A stretch of DNA of 46,156 nucleotides from Promethearchaeia archaeon (GTDB lineage: Archaea; Asgardarchaeota; Lokiarchaeia; Sigyniarchaeales; SOKP01), in the NCBI GenBank assembly GCA_029856125.1, contig JAHQWJ010000036.1, positions 1 to 46,156 of the forward strand. The letters run 5' to 3'. The position numbers and the translations under genes were made by a program. Position 1 is the first letter of the stretch. Each line of letters starts with the position of its first letter. Below the pieces are notes generated by a model that made no database searches, was not told the DNA's origin, and saw nothing but the letters and a program-made list of their open reading frames with translations. Positions 9,435 to 18,893 of this stretch are shown piece after piece.

Positions 9435-9509
9435 CGTGCCCATGGGAGATATTTACTCATCGATTTTTAGTCCTAAAACTACTCTCGTAAATACACTATA
9501 ATGGGCACA
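9435..9509 (-). ncRNA. Candidate H/ACA-like pseudouridylation guide sRNA with K-turn (predicted target LSU rRNA helix 69, U1911 E. coli numbering)
   Basis: Minus strand reads UGUGCCCAU-UAUAGU-GUAUUUAC-GA-GAGUAG-UUUUA-GGAC-UAAAA-AUC-GAU-GA-GUAAAUAU-CUCCC-AUGGGCACG: 9-bp lower stem, bipartite pocket, 8-bp upper stem, tandem GA pairs with 3-nt bulge; no ACA box. Confidence 0.6.
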
Positions 9510-9530
9510 AAGAATGTATAGGAAAGGTAG

Positions 9531-9538
9531 TTTAAATA
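9531..9538 (-). promoter_or_regulatory. Putative TATA box for the candidate sRNA
   Basis: TATTTAAA on the minus strand, 22-29 nt upstream of the hairpin 5' end and overlapping the phi stop codon; AT-rich background weakens this. Confidence 0.35.
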
Positions 9539-10179
9539 GTCTCTGAGTGTTTTCTTAACATATCTTCGTTCGTTTTTCCCATTTTAATTGCGAGCTCAGC
9601 GATTATGGCATCCAAATATACGAAAGCAGCTATCTCGAACATAGTTCCTTCAGGAGTAAGAATTGCGGTATCGTCGTGAAGATCGACCTTATCTCTTTTA
9701 GTACGACCCTTCAGCTTTATAGTAATATCAGCAACTCTCCCTATAATAGTCTCGGGATGGGAAGTAATTGAAATTATACCAGATGGTTTAGCTGTATTCA
9801 CATAATTTTTGAGAAGACTTACCACGATCGAGGTTGTTCCCGATCCAGACAAAACTATTAAAACATCCTCGTTTGTTAGCGCAGGTATTGACCCTAAATT
9901 AGTAACCATATAAACATCTGCTCCTAGGTGGACCAGCCTTGTCGCAAAGCATTGTAAAATAAAAGCAGAGCGCCCACTTGCTAATAGGAAGAATTTTCTC
10001 TTCTTTACTAACCCATCGTAGACCATGTCGATAAATTTCTTAGTATGTGAAAAATGTTTAGTTTTGCTTAAATGTTCCATGTTGTCTCGAAGGTTTCCAA
10101 GTATCACATCCATAGATTGAAATAAAATCTCTCTTTCTTTTCCATTAAGCTTCTGTTCACTACTAACTTTATCAGCCAT
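9532..10179 (-). CDS. hxlB: 6-phospho-3-hexuloisomerase (SIS domain)
   Basis: SGRSAFILQCFATRLVHLG, DVLIVLSGSGTT, PEGTMFE, C-terminal MLRKH. Confidence 0.85.
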   Translation of the reverse strand: MADKVSSEQKLNGKEREILFQSMDVILGNLRDNMEHLSKTKHFSHTKKFIDMVYDGLVKKRKFFLLASGRSAFILQCFATRLVHLGADVYMVTNLGSIPALTNEDVLIVLSGSGTTSIVVSLLKNYVNTAKPSGIISITSHPETIIGRVADITIKLKGRTKRDKVDLHDDTAILTPEGTMFEIAAFVYLDAIIAELAIKMGKTNEDMLRKHSETI

Positions 10180-10370
10180 ATCAAATCAAAAATCTTTTAT
10201 TTTGAGTATATGTTAATTAAGTTGAGATTTAAAAAATACATTTTGGTTAATAATATTTTTAATTGAAATATTATAAATTCCTACTATCAAGGAATTGATT
10301 TCAGGTTATTATAAGCTATTGCTACAAAGCAGTTTATTAAAAAAAAAAAAAAGTTAAATAATAGATTACT

Positions 10371-10580
10371 TCACGCTTTCTTTTTGCGGAACCACAATAA
10401 TACAAATAAGGCTGGAGTTGCAACTGTAAAAAGTATCGCTAGAATTAAGTAAAACAAGTTTGCAGTGTGATCAGGGAATGTTGTATAAAAAAGCCACATA
10501 AGAATTGTTCCGGATAGACACATCCCAATAAGAATGCTAATTAGTTCCTCAAGGTCAAATTTTTCTTTTAAACTTGTCAT
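10371..10580 (-). CDS. Small two-TM membrane protein
   Basis: 69 aa, two hydrophobic segments, basic tail; GAGG upstream; co-oriented downstream of the hydrolase gene. Confidence 0.65.
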   Translation of the reverse strand: MTSLKEKFDLEELISILIGMCLSGTILMWLFYTTFPDHTANLFYLILAILFTVATPALFVLLWFRKKKA

Positions 10581-10624
10581 TTTATTTCCTCATAATTTAA
10601 GTTATGTTTTGTTTATAAAAAAAA

Positions 10625-12574
10625 TTATACGTAAGCAACTAAAGCAGTCATCTGGAACCATACTTGTATAGCAGCAAACATTATTGCACTAAGATAAATC
10701 CTTCCCGTTTGACGATAGAGGTTAATCGAAATGAAATAAGTTATAGCTAACGAAGGAATGCCACCCATTAACTGGATAATCATCATCCGGTTAACATCAC
10801 TAAGTCCCCATCCAACCATATTTGTCGATGTAAGTGCGCCTCCAAACCACTGTGGAGCATATTGAACTAGCATGACAACAACTAGCCCACCAAGCATCAG
10901 ATAACAATATTTGAAAAACCAGACCGTATGAGTTATATATGTGTTTTTGTATTCTTTCATTCTAAGTTGTCCGTACATATAGATTCCGGCATTTACTAAA
11001 GAGAAAAATAGTACTATTCCAAAGTAAGGCCAGAAATCAACTGCTCGTTGTAGGTCGCTAAATGTTTTCATCATCGTCCAGAATCCTCGAAATTCGACGT
11101 TTAAAAACGCTTGTGAAAGGAAGACTAAGCCATACATCCAGCCGAATAAAATTGCTGCTATCACGATTGTTTTGCTTATTATCCTTGGATTAAAAGCTTT
11201 CGTAGCTTTCTTTACTAAAGATAAGTCTGCTAATTCTTCTTTAGTACTGAAGGTTAACCCCACATCATGAAGCGAAATACTATCTCTACCTTTCCTCCAT
11301 TTAGTCAAAAGATACCAGACAGTCCACAATATGATACCTATAGTTGCATTCAGTAAGTACCAGTGCTCAAACCCGTTAGCGATCCCATGATTGAATACGG
11401 TATAATCACCAATTTTTGTGTCAAATAACCAATTATCTGAGAGACCATATCCTGGTATAAAGAACCAATAAGTAATTCCTGCTATGGCAGTGTTAACAGT
11501 TGCAACAATCCACCATGTTGACTTTTTAGGCGTATTTATTTTCTCTGGCATAGGTTGCCGAACTTCATTGAAATATTTAGTATTCATTAACAGGTAGGCA
11601 AGAGGTAGGATTGAGATAAGCGTTGCAAAAGCGGCAAGCATCCCAAAAATTTCAGATCCTAACCAAGTTTGCTTTGCTGGATCTGCAATAACCCAAGCTG
11701 CTGATTCACTCATACCTTGAAGTGCTTGTAGCATCCATGCAACTATTTCTGAGGTATGTTTAGGGCTCATAGTTATAGCCGGATGGCTTCCTATGTCATA
11801 AGATTCTCGTCTCGCTGTACCGTTGACAAAATCTACAGGTCCACCCCATAGATCAACAGTAGTATCAACAGCCATGGTTCCAGGAGCCAAGTGATATGTT
11901 ACATCCAATGCCGCTAAATTATCTGCAAGGTTCTCGGCAACCGTTTTCCCGTCCCCACCCCATTCTTCGTAGGAAGACCAAAGATGAAGTATGTTATTAA
12001 ACTTTGGGTCACCGTAATCTCCGAAGAGAAAACCAACGAAATTTGGTGTGAAAGCTTGAAGGGCAAGGGCTTTATGTTGAGGATATGCTGCAGCTATTTG
12101 CCGAGCTCTAATTTCACCCATAGAATGTCCGTAAATACCAGTATTGTTCTCATCGACGAATCGTAAATCCATAAGGTATTCATACGCAAGGAAGTAACTA
12201 TAAGGAATGTCGTCAACATCATATCCTCCAGAAGAATCTCCGTGTCCTAATTGGTCTAAAGCTAAAACTACAAATCCGGCTTTAGCCAATTCAATTGCTG
12301 CAGGACGTTGCACATCTTTGTCATTGTTGTAACCATGTAAACCCAGAATTCCAGGAGCAGGACTATCCGCAGTCGCACCGATCGGTCGATATAGTTTTCC
12401 AACAATTCTTTCTCCATCTTTATCATTAATATTGATAATTCTTACATCGATTGTCCCAAAATTATTTTGAAACGCGCTGGACATAATTGCGGAAAAAAGA
12501 ATTACAACAATCAAGACACAAAAAACTACAGCTGCTTTATTTTTTCTAAATTCTTTTAAATTTATTTTTAGCAC
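10625..12574 (-). CDS. Membrane-bound alpha/beta hydrolase with multi-TM C-terminal domain
   Basis: N-terminal TM, LHGY, ALDQLGHGDS, nucleophile elbow GHSMG, followed by multiple TM helices. Confidence 0.85.
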   Translation of the reverse strand: MLKINLKEFRKNKAAVVFCVLIVVILFSAIMSSAFQNNFGTIDVRIININDKDGERIVGKLYRPIGATADSPAPGILGLHGYNNDKDVQRPAAIELAKAGFVVLALDQLGHGDSSGGYDVDDIPYSYFLAYEYLMDLRFVDENNTGIYGHSMGEIRARQIAAAYPQHKALALQAFTPNFVGFLFGDYGDPKFNNILHLWSSYEEWGGDGKTVAENLADNLAALDVTYHLAPGTMAVDTTVDLWGGPVDFVNGTARRESYDIGSHPAITMSPKHTSEIVAWMLQALQGMSESAAWVIADPAKQTWLGSEIFGMLAAFATLISILPLAYLLMNTKYFNEVRQPMPEKINTPKKSTWWIVATVNTAIAGITYWFFIPGYGLSDNWLFDTKIGDYTVFNHGIANGFEHWYLLNATIGIILWTVWYLLTKWRKGRDSISLHDVGLTFSTKEELADLSLVKKATKAFNPRIISKTIVIAAILFGWMYGLVFLSQAFLNVEFRGFWTMMKTFSDLQRAVDFWPYFGIVLFFSLVNAGIYMYGQLRMKEYKNTYITHTVWFFKYCYLMLGGLVVVMLVQYAPQWFGGALTSTNMVGWGLSDVNRMMIIQLMGGIPSLAITYFISINLYRQTGRIYLSAIMFAAIQVWFQMTALVAYV

Positions 12575-12631
12575 CTTTTTTTATTTAAATTTTTTGTATC
12601 TCATTTCTTAAAAGAAAAGAGACAAATATGG

Positions 12632-12682
12632 TTGGTTAGATTTGTATATAAAACTTGTTATTATAATAGTAAATCTACCCAA
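12632..12682. promoter_or_regulatory. Imperfect inverted repeat flanking a TATA-like element (candidate operator)
   Basis: ttggttagattt (12632-12643) and aaatctacccaa (12671-12682) match 11/12; tatataaaa lies between them. Confidence 0.4.
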
Positions 12683-13012
12683 TTCTAATATTCTATATAA
12701 CGAGAGGGAGATAAGGTGTAAATTAAAACTATCCTATTTTTAGTTACAATTTCCAACAAATATTCAAACATTGTTTCATTTTGAAACCCTAAATAACAAA
12801 CAGAGAGTCTTGTAGCTCAATTTTTTCTAAACCTTTTTAGACTTGTTTGTAACAAATTATTAATGTACAATTAAATAAATTTCTTTTATAAAATCTTTAA
12901 AATAAATTTTCTCCACTCTAAAAATCACTCTTTAAAAAATAACTTTATTTCTAGAGAATAAAAAATAAATAAGAATTTGATGATATTGTACAATAGTAAA
13001 CATAAATAAACG

Positions 13013-13942
13013 TTGAGATTAATCTTGAAAGATATATTAATGGAATTTTTAAAAGAAAAATTTGAGAGCAGTGAACTTAACCGCCTTCCTGAGAAATATG
13101 GAGGTGGAAAAATTTTCTCTCAACCTTTAGTTGGTGTTGCTCAAGGTAATGACCCTATTTTTTTAAAATTTAAAGAGATTGTAGGATATGAACATTATAC
13201 ACCCTTGGAAATGTGGTTAGCTAGTGGCCAAAAACAATTACCCACATCAAATCTTAATATTGTCTCTATAGTATACCCGTTTACTGATGAGATTAGAAAG
13301 AAAAGTGTAACTCCAATTAAATTAGCAAAAATGGTTTTACCCGCAGAGATTTACTCTATTGCCAGGAATTTTGCTAAAGATTTTAGAAATTATATAATGG
13401 AGCAAACAGTTGAATTTTTACATAATAAAGGGTATAACGCTATTTCTGGAAAACTTAGCGAGGCTTATACTTTAGTTGCAAAAAAAGATTTCTATTCTAC
13501 ATGGTCTGAAAACCATGTTGCTTTTGCCGCAGGATTAGGGACATTTGGATTACATGAGGGCTTGATTACCAACCTAGGTTGCAACATTCGATTAGCTTCG
13601 GTGATTACAGATGCGCCACTTAAAGTTACTCCTAGAAGAAGTGATGAACCTTATGCAAATTGCTTATATTATGCTAAGGCTACTTGTAGAGAATGTGCAA
13701 AAAATTGTCCTGCTAATGCGATTACTGAAAAAGGCTATAATAAAACAAAATGCAATAAATATCGTAATAAAGTCGCAAGAGAGATGGTACCTCGCCTTAA
13801 ACCAATTCTTAAAAAATACAATCGTCGAATTAATTGGAAATACAAAGCACAAAATTATCCTGTGGGCTGTGAGCTATGTCAATTTGGAGTAGAATGCATG
13901 GATAAAAATCCTATGATCCGACACGATTTAGATTTCGATTGA
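13013..13942 (+). CDS. Epoxyqueuosine reductase/reductive dehalogenase-superfamily Fe-S protein
   Basis: WSENHVAFAAGLGTFGLHEGLIT..GCNIRLASVITDAPL; C..CRECAKNCPANAI; CELCQFGVEC; true start may be ATG at 13040. Confidence 0.8.
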   Translation: MRLILKDILMEFLKEKFESSELNRLPEKYGGGKIFSQPLVGVAQGNDPIFLKFKEIVGYEHYTPLEMWLASGQKQLPTSNLNIVSIVYPFTDEIRKKSVTPIKLAKMVLPAEIYSIARNFAKDFRNYIMEQTVEFLHNKGYNAISGKLSEAYTLVAKKDFYSTWSENHVAFAAGLGTFGLHEGLITNLGCNIRLASVITDAPLKVTPRRSDEPYANCLYYAKATCRECAKNCPANAITEKGYNKTKCNKYRNKVAREMVPRLKPILKKYNRRINWKYKAQNYPVGCELCQFGVECMDKNPMIRHDLDFD

Positions 13943-14053
13943 ATTAATACGTTCGGAAAAAAAAGATGAATTTATCTTAGTGTCAATTAAAAACTGTTAA
14001 AAAAAGTAAGAAAAAAATAAAAAAAATATTTAATCTAATGCGAAAAATGCTCT

Positions 14054-14272
14054 CTATTTGTATTTAATTGATAATAATAGGTCATTCTTCGTGATTTTCT
14101 TCCTGTTAGCGTGCATGGTGAAAGCTCGAGCTTGTTCAGTTAAACCAGTAGCAGTCTTTTCGAGATGGTCAATTAAAAGATCTACTGCGTTTCTTGCTAC
14201 GATGCTTGCGCCCTGTTGTTTCATTAATCTCCGGATAGGCGACCAGGCAAAGCTATGTTTCTTTTTAGCCAT
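14054..14272 (-). CDS. Archaeal histone (HMf-like)
   Basis: FAWSPIRRLMKQQGA..VARNAVDLL...A..FTMHANRKKITKND histone fold; GTGGAGG upstream. Confidence 0.93.
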   Translation of the reverse strand: MAKKKHSFAWSPIRRLMKQQGASIVARNAVDLLIDHLEKTATGLTEQARAFTMHANRKKITKNDLLLSIKYK

Positions 14273-14899
14273 TTTTTTATTCCTCCACTATTAAAATTTT
14301 TAAAGTTTTGATTTTTAATTTTTTTTATGTTTATAATTAAAGTTTCTTAGATAGTAATATATCCGAAGAGTTATTTAAATCTTTTGGCAATATGAGAAGA
14401 ACTTCAAGAATTTAGTGCATAAAAAATCACGACAAAAAAACTTGGTTTCAATATAACTGTTGGATTGTGTGATCATTCAATGGTTGATCAGTCGAAAAAT
14501 TTGAATTAACTTTTTTAGGATAAAAATAATTCAAATATCAAAATAGACTCTAAAATGTTTTAAATCGGTTTTATTATTCTTGATTGAGTTACTAAAAAAT
14601 TTTGAATTGAATCACATCATCCCCAATGAATGTCATGGTAAATTTTCAATGATCATACTAATTAAGTCATAATCAACCTAATTAATAAAAATTAGTTCCA
14701 AATAAGAAATTACACGATTAAACCTAATATGAAAAATCGATAAAATGATTTCAAGGATAATAAATCTTTATTTTTAGTAATTTTCTATAAAATGTTATAA
14801 TTTAAAACGAAAATTTTAATTAATTCTGAGTTTTTCTATAATTATAAGAAAGAACAATTAATTGTATCTTAAACTTATATTTTTGAAAAAGGTAATAAT

Positions 14900-15517
14900 A
14901 TGTCTCAACAAATTATGGTTCCAGGAGCAACAGCAGTAGGAATTAAGTGTAAAGACGGAGTAGTGCTAGGAAACGATCGCAGAGCGACGTGGGGTTACAC
15001 AGTTACTAATAAAACCACTCAAAAGCTATTCAAGATTACTGATAACGTCGGTATGGCTGCGTATGGATTAATTGGAGATTTTCAATTTGTTTCAAGAGTA
15101 TTGAAAGCTCAAGCTGCTCTATATGAATTAGACGCTCACGACAAAATTAATACAAAAAGCGTTGCTAAAATGCTTTCTAACATGTTATATTCTCGAAAGA
15201 TGGCACCCTTATACACCAATTTAATAATCGCTGGAGTAGACAAGGATGGGCCTCAAGTTTATACCTTAGATGGTCTGGGTTCTTTGATTCCAGAAGAATT
15301 TGGAGCTACAGGAACAGGAATGTTACTTTCAATGGGAATTTTGGAAGCGGATTACAAACCTGATATGTCTATCGAAGATGGAGTAAAACTTGTTGAAAAA
15401 GCGATAAGAAATTCAATAAAAAGAGACGCTATGTCTGGGAATGGAATTGATTTGCTTATCATAACGAAAGAAGGTGCGGAAGAAAGACGCATAGAAATTA
15501 AGGAATTAGGCGAGTAA
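14900..15517 (+). CDS. psmB: 20S proteasome beta subunit, probably non-catalytic
   Basis: G-ATAVGIKCKDGVVLGNDRR, KLFKITD, AGVDKDGP, RDAMSGNGID; Thr1 position is Ala. Confidence 0.93.
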   Translation: MSQQIMVPGATAVGIKCKDGVVLGNDRRATWGYTVTNKTTQKLFKITDNVGMAAYGLIGDFQFVSRVLKAQAALYELDAHDKINTKSVAKMLSNMLYSRKMAPLYTNLIIAGVDKDGPQVYTLDGLGSLIPEEFGATGTGMLLSMGILEADYKPDMSIEDGVKLVEKAIRNSIKRDAMSGNGIDLLIITKEGAEERRIEIKELGE

Positions 15518-15625
15518 AACCTAATTTAATGATTCCTTTTTACTCTCATTTTTGCTAAAAATTTTATGCAATGGCATATTTTTCCAATTGTTATTTTATA
15601 TTGACTAAAATTAAGGTGATTTTCT

Positions 15626-17662
15626 TTGCGTCTGTTTAGCAATAACTTTAAGGGTTACAGAGAGGTAAAAGGATACAGTAAAGACGAAATTTTAAACGTG
15701 AAAAAAAAACTAACAACTATTAAATCTGAGCAAGAAGACTCTGATGAAATAGATGAATTTCTTAAATCTGAATTTAAAATTGATGTCTTTAATTTATATT
15801 CAGAGTATTACAACGAGATTAAATTATTTAGTGAATCTTACTTATTTTCCGATTCAAATAAAGAATATTTCTCATTGAAACAAGAAATCATAAACGAGTT
15901 GAAGTTAGTCTCAAGTAATTTAACAAATCTAAATTCTAATGGAAGGAACATTAAACGAATCATAAAGCATAACAAATTTTTAGATAATTTTTTACAAATT
16001 AGCAAAGAATTACAAATTAACATTAATGAATTTACTCCCATTCTGGAAAAAAAAATTCAAAAAATAAATAAATTCTACAAGAACAATACACTCTGTTGGG
16101 TTGAAGCAAATAAAATTAAAGATTTGTCCTTTAAATTAAACAATATTCCAAGCAATTTAGGGCAATGGGAAGAACTACAAGAACTGGAAGCATATTTACG
16201 AAGCTTAATCGAAGCCAAATCGGACAAAAAAATTAAATCTCGTAAAGATGTTTTGCTATCCTTTCATTTTAACGAATTACAAAGCTTTTTCTTAAGTAAA
16301 TCAGACGACAAGACAACAATTTATGACGATTTCATATATCTATTAAATATTAATGGAGTATTTGAAGATTTCGAGGGGGACAAGTTCGTAAATGTCTTGG
16401 AAAGGAAAGAAACGGTTGAGAAATTAAAAAAAAAAATGCGTCCAGTTATTCTCGAGTTAGTTAAAGATTTATTAGGAGAAACTTTAAAAGAAATCGAAGA
16501 GCTAGATCAGAAATACGATTTAAACGGTCAAGGAATTGGAAAATTAAATTTAGAGAGTATATTATCTCAGAAATTCAGTGAATTTCTCCCTAAAATAGTC
16601 GATTTATATTTTAAGGGATTGGATAAACAATTTCAAGTAGGGACAAATAATGTAAGCGATCCAGCGGAATTTGTAAAAATAATTAATTTAAATTACAAGA
16701 AAGTTGATGATTTCGCCACAAAAATAGACGAAATCGATACTTGGATAATGAAGTTTGATACAATTATAAAACCCTATACAAACATTACCGTTAATCTAAA
16801 GAAAACGCTAGCGAATATCGTTTCTGAAGTATTTCGGCGTAAAGAAGAGTATTTAAATTATTTGAATAACATTAAAGACGAGAGTTTTCGGGTAGATGTA
16901 AAAAGTTTTGTTGACACCAAGATTGCCGAGGTAAACAAAATGATCACCTCTTACGAAAACGAAACATCATTAATAATAAAAGAAGAATTACCTGAACTAA
17001 AACAAATTAGAGACCTTCTAAGTGATTATAAATTTAAAATAGACGAAATTAAAACTGAAGTATACAACAAATTAGAAGCGTATAAAGAGAATAACGTTGA
17101 TATTTATGCCACTATAAAACATTGGGAAGATAACTTTAATCGCAAGAAAAATCAGCTTTCTTTTTTATTAACAGTTTTAATGAATAAAATTTTTAAAAGT
17201 TTCAAGGACTTAATAGACACAGAATCCATTTTATTTGCAGAAATAACAGAGATAACTAAGCAGACTGAAAATTTCGAAGGATTACCCTTTAACTTTGCGT
17301 TGTCATCCTTTTTAGCCGACAAATTATCAGAAGATGAACTGAAAGAACGAATAACTGAGATTACCTCAAAAACAAATCAAATAACGTCAAGTTTAGGCCT
17401 ATATGAACTCGAACGTTCGAAGTTAGAAGAAATTTTAACTAATAAAGCTAAAGTGAGACAAGGCGTCTCAGTATCTAATGTTCAGTGTACGGTTTGTCAT
17501 AAAAATATAAACTTTGTTAAAGATAAGCTAATCACATGCCCTTTTTGCAGTTCAACCTATCATTATTTGTGCGTAGCAGACTGGCTTTCTAGGTATAATT
17601 CTTGTCCTATGTGCCAAAACACTTTTTTAGATCCTAATATAGGACTTTTCGAAACTGAATAA
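15626..17662 (+). CDS. Long helical/coiled-coil protein with C-terminal C4HC3 RING finger (putative E3 ligase)
   Basis: CTVC-x13-CPFC-x4-H-x2-C..W..CPMC at 17486-17614; start codon uncertain. Confidence 0.8.
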   Translation: MRLFSNNFKGYREVKGYSKDEILNVKKKLTTIKSEQEDSDEIDEFLKSEFKIDVFNLYSEYYNEIKLFSESYLFSDSNKEYFSLKQEIINELKLVSSNLTNLNSNGRNIKRIIKHNKFLDNFLQISKELQININEFTPILEKKIQKINKFYKNNTLCWVEANKIKDLSFKLNNIPSNLGQWEELQELEAYLRSLIEAKSDKKIKSRKDVLLSFHFNELQSFFLSKSDDKTTIYDDFIYLLNINGVFEDFEGDKFVNVLERKETVEKLKKKMRPVILELVKDLLGETLKEIEELDQKYDLNGQGIGKLNLESILSQKFSEFLPKIVDLYFKGLDKQFQVGTNNVSDPAEFVKIINLNYKKVDDFATKIDEIDTWIMKFDTIIKPYTNITVNLKKTLANIVSEVFRRKEEYLNYLNNIKDESFRVDVKSFVDTKIAEVNKMITSYENETSLIIKEELPELKQIRDLLSDYKFKIDEIKTEVYNKLEAYKENNVDIYATIKHWEDNFNRKKNQLSFLLTVLMNKIFKSFKDLIDTESILFAEITEITKQTENFEGLPFNFALSSFLADKLSEDELKERITEITSKTNQITSSLGLYELERSKLEEILTNKAKVRQGVSVSNVQCTVCHKNINFVKDKLITCPFCSSTYHYLCVADWLSRYNSCPMCQNTFLDPNIGLFETE

Positions 17663-17791
17663 TTTAAATGCGATACTTAGATATGTCCCTAATTTTCTTC
17701 GAACTTGATAAAATCAGATATTTCCAGATCTCGAACTGAAATATCTGAATCAACATATAAAATCAATACGTGTTTCGGGAATTGGATGATT

Positions 17792-18658
17792 CTAAACAGT
17801 AATCTCCTTATAGAGATCGCTCAAAAACAGGCGAATTTGTTTAGTCGAGTTAGGATCGTTATTGAAGTTGGTATAGAGGTAGTTGCGTAAGTAAGATTTG
17901 ATTTGATGTTCAAAGTCTTCAAATTTTATGAATTCATATCCTTTTTCCAATTGCTTTTTATCGATGAGTGGTTGGACATGTTTTTTCATTAGATGTAAAA
18001 CAAACGCTACTAAAATGTTGTTAATATTGTCTTCATCATCACTCGACAACTCATAATCTCCTTTCACAATACCATCTTTGATATTGTTAAGTTGTAGTAT
18101 AGGTATTTCTATTTCTTTTGGTAAATTTAACCTCTTTATTTTATTGGCCATGTTTTTGTCATTTCCCATTTCCAATTTCCCATCGCAATAGTGTTCTAAA
18201 CTAGCAAAAAACCGCACGAGGAACTTAAAATTATCGTCAATTGCGTATAAATCTTCCCAAATGCTAAAATTCAAATCTTGCAGTTCATTCTCTATTTTAT
18301 CTTTTACTTTTGTTATTATTTCCTTTAAATGTTGTGAATAATCTCCGTATGGGAATCCGTAATAATAACTGTTATATTTTTCGTTGAGATCCGATGGATT
18401 CGAGCTTTGAGGAACGATTTTTTCTTTTCTTACGATTTCTTTAACAAAACGTAAAATGTAATTACACGAGGGGCAGTAAGTTACCCAAGAGCTTACGATC
18501 ACTTCTGGAGGTTTTATTGTCTTCGAACTAATGTACCCATTAAATCCTGATAGTTTTTTTCCATCGTGAGTAGGAAATATAGCTTCATCTGGGTAAAATG
18601 TTCTTGGGATAAATTTCATCTTACACACAGGACAGTTGATCATTTGTTTATCGCTCAT
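17792..18658 (-). CDS. Hypothetical protein with N-terminal zinc ribbon
   Basis: CPVC...CPSC pair followed by helical region. Confidence 0.7.
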   Translation of the reverse strand: MSDKQMINCPVCKMKFIPRTFYPDEAIFPTHDGKKLSGFNGYISSKTIKPPEVIVSSWVTYCPSCNYILRFVKEIVRKEKIVPQSSNPSDLNEKYNSYYYGFPYGDYSQHLKEIITKVKDKIENELQDLNFSIWEDLYAIDDNFKFLVRFFASLEHYCDGKLEMGNDKNMANKIKRLNLPKEIEIPILQLNNIKDGIVKGDYELSSDDEDNINNILVAFVLHLMKKHVQPLIDKKQLEKGYEFIKFEDFEHQIKSYLRNYLYTNFNNDPNSTKQIRLFLSDLYKEITV

Positions 18659-18893
18659 AATTATCCGGTGGATATGGTTATTATTTTAATATTAATCATC
18701 ATAAAGCTATAGTAAGTAAAGCAGCTTCTTTTAAATTTGGAAATTCTTTATTTATTTGAGCTCTTACTTTTCAGTTTCCAAGAAATCTCGAAATTTATTA
18801 TTCTATGAGTAAGAAGATTCTAGAGAATTATTATATATATGTACTACTTAGATATTTTTGCTTGTTAAATGTGAATATGAATAACTACGGTTT

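Noticed and set aside
9435-9509. Reading the hairpin as a SECIS element, a plain terminator or a plus-strand H/ACA RNA
   Set aside because: AUGA is on the 3' arm (SECIS needs it on the 5' arm) and no flanking gene shows an in-frame UGA; the plus strand ends in ACA but has no K-turn and its pocket is sense to rRNA; the structure is more elaborate than a terminator needs
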